Source of the DNA: Octopus bimaculoides
Lineage: Eukaryota
Assembly (NCBI RefSeq): GCF_001194135.2
Contig: NC_069001.1
Coordinates: 22,893,353 to 22,941,755 of the forward strand
Direction of reading: 5' to 3'
Length of the DNA: 48,403 nt
In this document: positions 23,685-33,752 of the stretch, in pieces
How positions within the stretch are numbered: position 1 is the stretch's first letter
Layout of the letters: each line of letters opens with the position of its first letter
Notes under the pieces: model-generated
What the model saw: the letters and a program-made list of their open reading frames with translations, nothing else
Told to the model about the DNA's origin: nothing
The model's database searches: none
Program-made: the position numbers and the translations under genes

Positions 23685-24246
23685 AAAATCTCTCCATCTA
23701 ATAGACAGATTTTCCACTGCATGTGAACATTTCAGACTCACAACTAGTGTGAGGAAAACCAAAGTAATGTTTACTCTTATGCCTGGACAAATATATTCTG
23801 AAGCAAACATTTTTGTGAATGAAACAAGGTTAGAAGTCATTGACACCTTTGTTTATCATGGAAGCACACTGTCAAGAGATGGTGTTCTTGATGCAGAGAT
23901 ATACTATCAAATAAGGAAGGGAAGTTTTGCATTTGGAAAGCTTGCAAAGTGAATATGGGCAGATAGAGGTTTTTCCCTGCAGATAAAAATCAGCTTTATG
24001 AAGTGTGTATATTGACTGCGCTTCTTTATTTGGGTGAGACGTGGACCACTTACAATTGTCATATAAAAATGCTAGAGAGATTTCATCAAAATAGGAATAG
24101 GAGTCAAGTGGAAATGTTTCATACCAGATACAAAAGTTTTGTGCATGGCACATTGTGGCTCAATTGAACAGCATGTTATCTTGGCTCAAATGAGATGGAC
24201 TGGACATGTTATTAGATTGCCAAAGTGTCTTTTTTATGGCATGCTC
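23685..24246 (+). mobile_element. RTE-type LINE, reverse-transcriptase C-terminal/thumb region (opposite orientation to 23345-23684)
   Basis: LIDRFSTACEHFRLTTSVRKTKVM..LEVIDTFVYHGSTLSRDGVLDAEI..GETWTTY..QMRWTGHVIRLPKCLFYGML. Confidence 0.85.
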
Positions 24247-24460
24247 ATATATATATGTATATGTGTGTGTTTGTATGTATGTGTGTGTGTGTGTGTATAT
24301 GTACATATACATGTGTGTATGTGTACAAACTCACACACATATATAGGTATATATATGCATACATACATATATATATGTATACATACACACACACACATAT
24401 ATATGTACACGCACACACACATATATGTATACAAGTGTGTGTGTCTACAAACATAAACAT
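24247..24460. repeat. Compound (TA/TG/CA) microsatellite
   Basis: Seen directly. Confidence 0.85.
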
Positions 24461-25252
24461 AATCACACAAACACACTGATAAGTACACTAAATGGAAAGT
24501 ATACTTAGCGTCATTTCTAGTGTTTAAGGAGAAAACCTATTAAATATAATACATTAGTGGACACTAAGCTGATTACACCTTGAAAATTCTTGTTGAAATT
24601 GCTATCAGCAGCCAACTTCAGCTGATAGAAATTGTAATTGTAGAAGATGGCACTTTGAAAATGACTTAGAGACAGACAACTGATTATTAAGAAGCAGCTG
24701 TGAAATATTTCTAATACATAACAGAAATGGCAAACTTACCGTCTGCTGCTGGTTTCAGTCTTTGCAGTACAGCCAGGGTGGGGGACTACTTTCAATAAAT
24801 GGATCAGTTATATTAATCTCAGTACTTATTTCAGTCTGGTACTTGTTTTATCAATTTTTATTTATCAAACTGTTAAGTTATGAGATTTAAAAGACACAAC
24901 TTATGCAGTACATATTATTTTTGGAGGAGGGATGGGTATAAACATAAACAGACATATACAAATGCATCCATCAAAGGATAGATTCATAGATATGTATATA
25001 TAGATGCTAATATTGGTTGGACAAGTTCAGAGTCTGATGGCATCAAGGACTGCAATGTATTTCAGAGATTGGTTTGGCAAGTTCTTAAAGCTGGATGCCC
25101 TTCCTAAGCCAGCTGTTTTACATCACACCAGCAATAGTGAGATCACCCTACAAATTACAAGATTTTGAATACTGAGGGTGTGACTTTATGCTCGTTGATA
25201 AGGGGCTAAAATATAAGAGAAGGAGCCAGAGTAGAACGTGTATATATACACA

Positions 25253-25254
<2 letters not shown>

Positions 25255-25294
<40 letters not shown>

Positions 25295-25300
25295 TACACA
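25255..25300. repeat. (CT)n(CA)n microsatellite
   Basis: Seen directly. Confidence 0.9.
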
Positions 25301-25620
25301 CATGCACATGACTCTCTGTCACCATTCAGTTCCATTGTTATGAATTTGAATTGGGAGTTTGAGTCACAATGAATCATTCATTGGCTGATTACACAACCAT
25401 GGACACCACCCTTATAGATGCACTGCAGTTACTCCCTTGACAGAACTTGGAGATCCTAGCTGGTGATTTTAAAGAATCACTCTGGTCAGCATCAATGTAA
25501 GAAGCACCATTGGCTCAGTTGAGCTCTTCTGTTATCTCTTCACAGTCCACTATACTACAATTCCATGAATTTTCTGCATCCCTGGTGTGGTGGCTGAACA
25601 AGTGCTATATATACATTATT

Positions 25621-25757
25621 TACATTATTTATATTTGACGGATATTTGTCCTCATCTTGTTTGTTGTTAACACAACGTTTCTGCTGATATATTCTCCAGT
25701 TTGGGGGAAATTTTGAACCTGGGTTCTCATTCCTAAGGTATTTTTTGATGTTGTTAA

Positions 25758-25793
<36 letters not shown>

Positions 25794-26820
25794 GGTCACT
25801 GCCTGGGATCGAACTCAGAATCTTGGGGCTCTAGAGCACTATGCCATATGCAGTTATGGAGTGAATTTTAGGGCTTATAAGTCTAATATTCTCCTATCTT
25901 TCCTTAATACCAGTTCCCATATGTTGTTCATGTCTGCACTCGGTCTGTTTAGGAGGTTGTTGTGTCCTAGCATATATGCTGCTTCTTTTAGTTTTCGTAT
26001 TCTCCAGTGGTTTTCTCTGTCTATTATTTTAACTTCATCCCACAGGGGGAGGTGGTCTCCATTTTTCCATACATGATCAGCTATACCCGATTTATCAGTA
26101 TCTCCCCATGTCACAGCTTTGCGATGTTCCTCTACCCTTATTTTGAGGGGGAGGCATGCTTCGCCTTTGTATAACCTACCACAGCTGCATGGGATGGAGT
26201 TCACACAGTTCTTAGTCATATTCTCTTCTGTTGGTGGTTTTACTCGAAGGAGATATTTGTGAAGTGTTGTATTACTTTTGAACACTGTTCTGATGTCATA
26301 TGGGCCGCATATCTTTTGTGTCTTTTCAGAGAGGCCTTTCACATAGGGTAGACAGACTGTGGACAGTTTATCGGTTTCATCCTCTCTTTTCTTCATAATT
26401 GGAGTATGCTTTTGGGGTTGTTGTTGCTTAATAGATTGTTACTGAGCTTGATCATTTCTTCGTGGTGGGTAGCACGATCGCTACTTAGATTCATTGCTCG
26501 ATGTTTTAGGCACTGAGCAATTTCTCTCTTTACACTGTATGGATGGTGGGAGTTGAAGTTGAGGTATCATCCAGTGTAGGTCAGCTTGCGGTATACGGAT
26601 GGCCTGAATCCATACTTGGTGCATGTTATTAATACGTCCAGGAAAGCTAGCTGATTGTCTTTTTCTTTTTCCATGGTGAACTGTATGGATGGCTTTATTG
26701 AGTTCACATGATCTAAAAGCACTTGGACATATTCCTGGTGGAGGCCAACAAACGAGATGAGGACAGATATCCGTCATATATAAATAATGTACATAATTCC
26801 TCATCTCTTAAATATAGAAC
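25621..26820 (-). mobile_element. Penelope-like retroelement: RT C-terminus plus GIY-YIG endonuclease, 5'-truncated, with inverted terminal repeats
   Basis: ORF 25875-26396 (LPYVKGLSEK..NCVNSIPCSCGRLYKGE..RVEEH..SGIADH..RKLKEA). Upstream QFTMEKEKDNQLAFLDVLIT..SVYRK..YLNFNSHHP. 46-bp inverted repeat at 25621-25666 and 26746-26791. Confidence 0.9.
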
Positions 26821-27097
26821 TATAAGTGCTATATATACCTCACCAATGACATGTAGCAATAAAAGTTATTTAAGGCTTTCTGGCCAGAAAGTTTAGTACA
26901 AGAAAAACAGCAACAATAAAAGACAGAGATTACTCTTAAGGTGATTCCATGACATAATTTGGTAACACAACAAAAGGTGGCTTTGGGTATTTCCAAAAGA
27001 CTCAGGAACTGTTTCCTCAAGCCACAATCAATGGTGCTATGGTCATTGCAAGTGGACTTTCAGTCTTCATGCATATTCATGCACAAATACACATGTA

Positions 27098-27316
27098 TGA
27101 GTGGGTACTGAAAGTTCCTGGCTTTAAGGGCTATTGCGAAAGGCTTGGTTGGTGACCCAACCTACTGAGTTCTTTTACAGGGCTTAGAAAAACTGAAGGA
27201 CCGCTGCAATAAGTGTGTAACTCTGAAAGGGGAATATGTTAAATAAAATCCTAATTAACTGACCCACCTGTATTTTCTTTTACCCAAAGCCAGGAGCTTT
27301 TCAGTATCTCCTAGTG
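27098..27316 (+). mobile_element. Mariner-derived MITE (copy 1)
   Basis: TA-(T)GAGTGGGTACTGAAAGTTCCTGGCTTT TIR with a matching right end. Interior encodes QGLEKLKDRCNKCVTLKGEYVK*, a mariner C-terminus. Confidence 0.8.
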
Positions 27317-27514
27317 TATATATTTATGTTTGCATGTGTGTATATGTCTCTGTATGTGTATGCATGCATGTATGGATGGACAGATGGGTGTATACATATA
27401 TATGGATGGATATAAGAAGGAAAGAATAAAAAGTATTTGGTATTGTACAGAATAGTATATTAATAATAATTGAAAGAAATAGAAGTAAACACTGGTTTTG
27501 CTTCTTAGACTATT

Positions 27515-27677
27515 TATAAACTTGCATAAATGGTTTCCAAATTTTCCTAACAAAATTAAATTAAATGAGTTACTGCTAAACTCTCAGTTTTAAAATTTAA
27601 GACATAAACAGTTTAGCAATATCTCATTTAATTAAATTTCTTTAGGAAAATTGGAAGACCATTTATAACTGCTTATA
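27515..27677. repeat. Foldback element, ~65-bp imperfect inverted arms, 27-bp loop
   Basis: atggtttccaaattttcctaac..tgctaaact (27530-27582) pairs with 27610-27662. Confidence 0.8.
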
Positions 27678-27744
27678 ACTAAACCAAGAAACATAATCTT
27701 CAAATACTTCTTGTTTTTCTTTATTATTAAGGTTACTGTTAATA

Positions 27745-29140
27745 CTATTATTATTATTATTATTATTTTCATTATCATCTTCTTTCAAGTCTGTTTCCAT
27801 TTCTTGACGAGTGTCTTCCTGACACCTAGGGCAGAGAAACGCACTGTATACATCTGCAGGTTATTAAAATAAACACACTAAATTGTCCATTTACAAGGTC
27901 ATGGGAAAATGAAAAAGGGGAAGAAGGACAGAGAGAAAAAAATGAAAAATAAAAAAGTAAACAAAGAAAATAAAGGGGAAAAAGGAAAAGAAAATTCACG
28001 GCGACAATGCTCTTCTCAGTACGTGTGACCAGTTACCAGTTAAGACAATCTTTTGCACTTCCTGCATGGATGGTAATCCAGGGATCATTCTTAAATAATT
28101 TTCAGTTCCTTTCTTGATCATTCCAAGTGCTCCTATAATCACTGGTATTGTAACCATCTTGAGATGCCACATCTTTTCGATTCTTTATATTTTCTGAGCT
28201 TATCAAATTCTTTTGCTGAGATATTATGGTCACAAGGTATGTTCATGTCAACCAATAAACAGACTTTATTGTTTTGGTCTTTCACAACAGTATCTGGTTT
28301 GTTTGCTTTGATGGTCCAGTCTGTACATACTGGGAAGTCTCAAAGAATCGTTATGTTTTCTCCTTCAGTTACAGTCTTAAGGTAGTGCTTGTACCATTTG
28401 TCAGCAGTTTTGGTTTTATAATGTCAACACATTATCCAGTGTAGATATTGGCCAACTTGTCTTTATTTGTACTCTATGGGTGGTAAAAGCTTACATCCAC
28501 CATTTTTTGGTTTAATAGTTCCATGTTACATGTTACAATAGTTCCAATAGTTACATCCATTGGCTTAATAGTTCCATTGGCTTAATAGTTCCATTGGCTT
28601 AATAGTTCCATTGGCTTAATAGTTCCATTGGCTTAATAGTTCCATTGGCTTAATAGTTCCCTGTCGATAATCTCTGATTTTGGGCAAACAAGATAAAGCC
28701 TTCACTCTCTGCCTTTAGTTCTGAGCTCCATAACCACTGGTGGGTGTGCTTTTAGTCTACATTAGCTCCTTCGCTATTTTTGCATATTTGCCATGAAGAG
28801 GTTTTTGTTCCCACCTATAAGCTAATTGTTCAAAAGCATTTTGCTTTGCTCTTGATTTAACCTTCTTTGCATCTACAGTTGCTGCACTTCCATCATGCTG
28901 TTCAACCTGTTTATTATGCATAAGTTCACTTGAAAGTATTTTTCTCTCCTTCATAATAGAAGTTTTTCATGGTTTTGAATGAGCTTTAGCATCCAGTCAT
29001 TAGATGTTTCAAGATATGTTGCCAGTCCAAATGTAATGGTTTTGTAGGAGATTTCCCATTGGATCAAACCTCAACCTCCTTGAGCTCTGGGTAGGTAAAG
29101 ACGATGTGCATCTGTCTTTGGGTGGTGCATCTTATTGCAA
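27745..29140 (-). mobile_element. R4/Dong-like RLE non-LTR retrotransposon, copy A (5'-truncated, decayed)
   Basis: Minus strand HRLYLPRAQGG, AQNQ..RNY, KVGQYLHW, IKANKPDTVVKD..DMNIPCDHNISAKEFDKLRKY (REL motif) and HVLRRALSP*. (TAA)n tail at ~27745-27770. Confidence 0.8.
28557..28658. repeat. 17-bp minisatellite (CCATTGGCTTAATAGTT) x6, perfect
   Basis: Six exact units counted, with degenerate partial units at 28510-28556. Confidence 0.95.
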
Positions 29141-29151
29141 TCAGCAGTTTA

Positions 29152-29163
29152 CGGATTATTATC

Positions 29164-29211
<48 letters not shown>

Positions 29212-31950
29212 TAGTCTTATTTTTATCATGTTCTCTCACTGCACTGCTGAGTGCAGCTCCGGATGCTTTGTGTATGTGCTGTGGTTTGTTTTGGTGTATT
29301 GAAGGTGCTCTATATAGAATGTGTGCAGTGCCTAGTAGTACTGTTTTCTTTATATTATGTATATTCATAAGTGCTGGTACTTGGGTTGTGCATTTGTCTG
29401 AATGTTTTTTAATCATACCTAATGCACATATTATTATAGGAGTTGTTTTTTTTTAAGCACCTCATTTAGGTTATATCTGCTTTCAGATCTTTGTATTTTG
29501 AGAGTTTCTCTGTTTCTTTTAGAGATACATTGTCATCTGTTGATATTGATACATTGATTAGAAAGCATTTTTTTTTTTTGTTTTGATGAAATCTGACAAC
29601 CATATCCTGTCTATTAGCCTTGATTTCTCTATCTGTGTGCATTGTCATATCTCAGAATATGGTTGCATTGTCATTTTCTGAGACATTTTCTGGAGTGTGC
29701 CTATACCATCTTTTGTCTGTTGTTATTCCATAATGTTGGTACAGCTTCCAGTGTATATAGGTCCCAACTCGGTTATGCCTGTGGATATAAAGCTTCTTAG
29801 CCAGGACTGGACAGCCAGAAACAATATAATTTACTGTTTCTTCTCCATCACCACATATTCTGAAGCTACTTGTATTTTTTTTCCATTATGTGTTTCTGGA
29901 TATTCCTGGCTGGGTGGCTTTGATATTGTACTGCAGTTAAAACTCTTTCAATCTCTGCTTTGAGTCTTGAGCTTCTCAGCCTTTGTTGGAATGTTGCTTT
30001 GTCTATTTCTGTTCTGTTTAGCTTATCCCAGTATTTGCCATGTAAGGGATATTCTTGCCATCATTTTATCATAGTATTTTGTTGTTCTAGTTTCAGTTGT
30101 TTTACAGCTTTTGTTGTTTCTTTTTTTCTTAACAGCTTTTGTTGTTTCTTCTTTTTCTTAACAGCTGTCAGGTACAATGACTTCTATCATGTATTTTTCA
30201 GCTTCCTTAAAGGCAGAAAACAGATTTTTGCTTTGCTCACGTTTTGTGGCTATTTGTGCCAGTTTTAGGTATTTCTGTAATCCTCTGGTGGTTATTTTAT
30301 AATAGTTTTCTAGCTGTATAAGGCATCTACCACCTTCAATTTCTTGTATATATTTTGGTTAATTCATTTAGAGTCCAATTAAGAGTATTGTAACAGTAAC
30401 TTATAACTGAGACAGCTAGAGAGTTGATACCTATTATCTTGTTTTGCGCATTGTGTTCTGTTTTATGTATTAATTTAATTCGTCTATAGTATTCCTTTCT
30501 TATCTTCTCTTTCATTTATGTGTGTTGATTCTTAAGTTGATTCCTAAGTATTTTTATGTCTGGCTTTGGTCTAATTCTCTTATTTCATTTGCTTTATCTA
30601 GTGTGATATTGCTACTCTTAACTAGTTTTCTTCTTTCAAAGGTTGCCTTGGCACACTTTTCTAAGTCAAATTTCATGTTTATTTCTTTGGTAAATCTATG
30701 TGCTGTCTGTAGTAGTGTTTCCAGTTGTTTATCATTTGCAGAACACTGTTTTAAATCATCTATATACAAGAGACGGTTGATTGTTTTACCATAGCAGTTG
30801 TATCCACATCCTGTTCTGTTTAGCATGTCAGTTAAAGGCATAAGTGCTAAGCAGAAAAGGAATGGAGGGAGTGAGTTTCCTTGGAATATTTCTCTTCTAA
30901 TGGGGATGGCTTTAGTTTTTATGAATCCCTCTTTTGTCTGGAGCTGCTGCAATCTTTGCTATTTATTCATAGCATGTTTTATATATTTTATTATTATTGG
31001 TGCTGCCTTGTTCATGGCCAGTGTTTCCAGGATCCATATGTGGGGAATACTGACAAAAGCCTTTTGATAATTGATCCAAGCCACGCTTAGACCCTTTTTT
31101 CTTTTTTCAGTTGTCTTCAGTTACAGCTTTATTGATCAATAACTGATCTTTGCCCTTGTTGCATCCCTTCTGCTTTTCTGGAAACAAATTGTTTTCTTCT
31201 GGATGCTTGCCCATTCTCTGCGATATTATTGCAGTTAAAGCTTTGTAAATTGTAGGGAGACATGTTATGGGTCTATAGCTTTGTGGGTATGCTGTTCCAG
31301 TGGATTTGGGAATTAAAATGGTTTTCCCTTCTAAGAGCCATTCAGGTCTTGTCTCTGGCTCTCTAGTATCTCATTGAATTTGTCAGGCAGTGTCTTATGT
31401 GTTCCTATTAAACGCTTAAACCAGAAATTGGGGATTTTGTCGTGTCCAGGTGCCTTCCAGTTGCTTAGTTTTTGAAGTACTCTTGCATTGTTATAGGATT
31501 TACAGAATTGTTCAGGTGCCGTGTTTCTCTCCTGAGGTTGTTCCTTTACCAACCATATTTCTTCCTAAAATTCTTCCACTATCTCTGCTGTTGTTGCTAC
31601 ATTGATCTCTATTTTATCTTTGCTAAGTTCTTGACAGCATTGTTTTGGGTTGGAGTTGATCTGTTTGTTTTGTTGAGCGAATCCCTAGCATTTCCCAAAC
31701 CAAAAGATTCTTTCTACTTTGGTGAGGATATCATGCTCCAGCTGTTCTTTTACCTCAGGTGTATCTTGTTCTGTAATCTTGTATTTCCGTAGTATTTTTC
31801 TTACTCTCTTGTTACTTAATAGTCTTGTTTGGCTCTTAATTTCATTAAAGATTGAGAGATCCTTTCTTTTATTTTCTAATTTTTTTCTGGATATTATTTA
31901 TCCACAGAGTTAGGGGAGTATTAGATTTTTTTTTGTGGCCACTGGGGCTT
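29152..31950 (-). mobile_element. R4/Dong-like RLE non-LTR retrotransposon, copy B (RT, zinc knuckle and REL, decayed)
   Basis: KLSNWKAPGHDKI, IFQGNSLPPFLFCL, LLYIDDLK, knuckle remnant (F)RICGDGEETVNYIVSGC, IKANRQD..EKLSKYKDL and KTVLLGTAHIL. (TAA)n tail at 29152-29207. Confidence 0.9.
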
Positions 31951-32007
31951 CTGCATATATTATTTCATTTAATCTCATCACATTGATATTTGCTTCTGGT
32001 ATGATTA

Positions 32008-32086
32008 CTACTACTGCAGCTGCTGCTGCTGCTGCTTCTTCTTCTTCTTCTTCTTCTTCTTCTTCTTCTTCTTCTTCTCCTCCTCC
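32008..32086. repeat. (CTA)(GCT)(CTT)(CCT) compound trinucleotide microsatellite
   Basis: Seen directly; runs into gap. Confidence 0.9.
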
Positions 32087-32665
32087 NNNNNNNNNNNNNN
32101 NNNNNNNNNNNNNNNNNNNNNNNNNNNNNNNNNNNNNNNNNNNNNNNNNNNNNNNNNNNNNNNNNNNNNNNNNNNNNNNNNNNNNNNNNNNNNNNNNNNN
32201 NNNNNNNNNNNNNNNNNNNNNNNNNNNNNNNNNNNNNNNNNNNNNNNNNNNNNNNNNNNNNNNNNNNNNNNNNNNNNNNNNNNNNNNNNNNNNNNNNNNN
32301 NNNNNNNNNNNNNNNNNNNNNNNNNNNNNNNNNNNNNNNNNNNNNNNNNNNNNNNNNNNNNNNNNNNNNNNNNNNNNNNNNNNNNNNNNNNNNNNNNNNN
32401 NNNNNNNNNNNNNNNNNNNNNNNNNNNNNNNNNNNNNNNNNNNNNNNNNNNNNNNNNNNNNNNNNNNNNNNNNNNNNNNNNNNNNNNNNNNNNNNNNNNN
32501 NNNNNNNNNNNNNNNNNNNNNNNNNNNNNNNNNNNNNNNNNNNNNNNNNNNNNNNNNNNNNNNNNNNNNNNNNNNNNNNNNNNNNNNNNNNNNNNNNNNN
32601 NNNNNNNNNNNNNNNNNNNNNNNNNNNNNNNNNNNNNNNNNNNNNNNNNNNNNNNNNNNNNNNNN

Positions 32666-32890
32666 ACATAAAAGACACCATTTCGAGCGTGGCCGTTTTC
32701 GTGCGGGTGACACGTAAAAGCACCCACTACACTCTCTGAGTGGTTGGCGTTAGGAAGGGCATCCAGCTGTAGAAACTCTGCCAAATCAGACTGGAGCCTG
32801 GTGTTGCCATCCGGTTTCACCAGTCCTCAGTCAAATCGTCCAACCCATGCTAGCATGGAAAGCGGACGTTAAACGATGATGATGATGATT
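32666..32890 (+). mobile_element. RTE-type LINE 3' UTR copy (young)
   Basis: 32701-32880 appears identical to the reverse complement of 48224-48403. (GAT)n tail. Confidence 0.85.
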
Positions 32891-32939
32891 ATTATTATTA
32901 TTATTATTATTATTATTGTTGTTGTTGTGGTGGTAGTGG

Positions 32940-33103
32940 TGACTGCATTGAGCTGGCAGAATCATTAGTATACTGGGTGAAATGCCAAGCAGCATTTTTT
33001 TCGTCTTTACGTTCTGGGTCCAATTTTCACCAAGGTTGGTTTTGACTTTCATCCTTTCAGGGTTGATTAGATAACTACCAGTTGAGCACTGGGATCGGTG
33101 AAA

Positions 33104-33139
<36 letters not shown>

Positions 33140-33484
33140 GGAATTGCAAGCATGCTGGGCAAAATGTTTAGTAACATTTCATCTGTCATTACTTTCTGAG
33201 TTTAAATTCTGCTGGGGTCAATTTTGGCTTTCATTCTTTCAGGGTTGATAAAATAAGTACCAATTGAGCACTGGAGTCAATGTAATTTACTTACCCAGCT
33301 TCTGAAATTGCTGGCCTTGTGCCAAAATTTGAAAGCATTATTATTATCATTATCATAGATGTCGCACAGTAGACAATATCGTGAAGTTGTTGATTAAAGA
33401 TACTGTGTCTACAGGAGGTTTGTACTGTTTGTCAAATCACAAGGAACTCAAACAGTACAAACTCCTGCTAGACTCAATATCACA

Positions 33485-33526
<42 letters not shown>

Positions 33527-33752
33527 AATTTAAAGATAGCAAGCTGGCTGAGTTGTTAGCATGCCAGGGAAAATGCTTAGTGGTATTTTGTCTGTCTTTA
33601 TGTTCTGAGTTCACATTCTGCTAAGGTTGACCTTGCCTTTCATCCATTGAGGGGTCAATACGATAAGTACCAGTTGAGCACTGGGGGTTGATGTAATCGA
33701 CTTACTCTCTCCCCTACAAACTTGCTGACTTTCTACCAAAATTTGAAACCAT
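32940..33752 (+). mobile_element. Cluster of three family-D SINEs separated by (ATT)n tracts
   Basis: Copies at ~32940-33100, ~33138-33336 and ~33530-33752, all in the same orientation. Confidence 0.75.
33356..33481. mobile_element. Foldback/MITE family F (related copy at 40313-40424)
   Basis: Internal arms 33399-33431 and 33449-33481 pair. tagatgtcgcacagta.acaatatc matches the reverse complement of 40400-40424. Confidence 0.65.

Noticed and set aside
24730-24800. Strong minus-strand splice donor (ACG|GTAAGT) near 24737
   Set aside because: The upstream sequence is a degenerate SINE-A tail with no good acceptor or frame.
28557-28658. CRISPR-like array
   Set aside because: The repeats are contiguous with no spacers, in a eukaryotic context with no cas genes.
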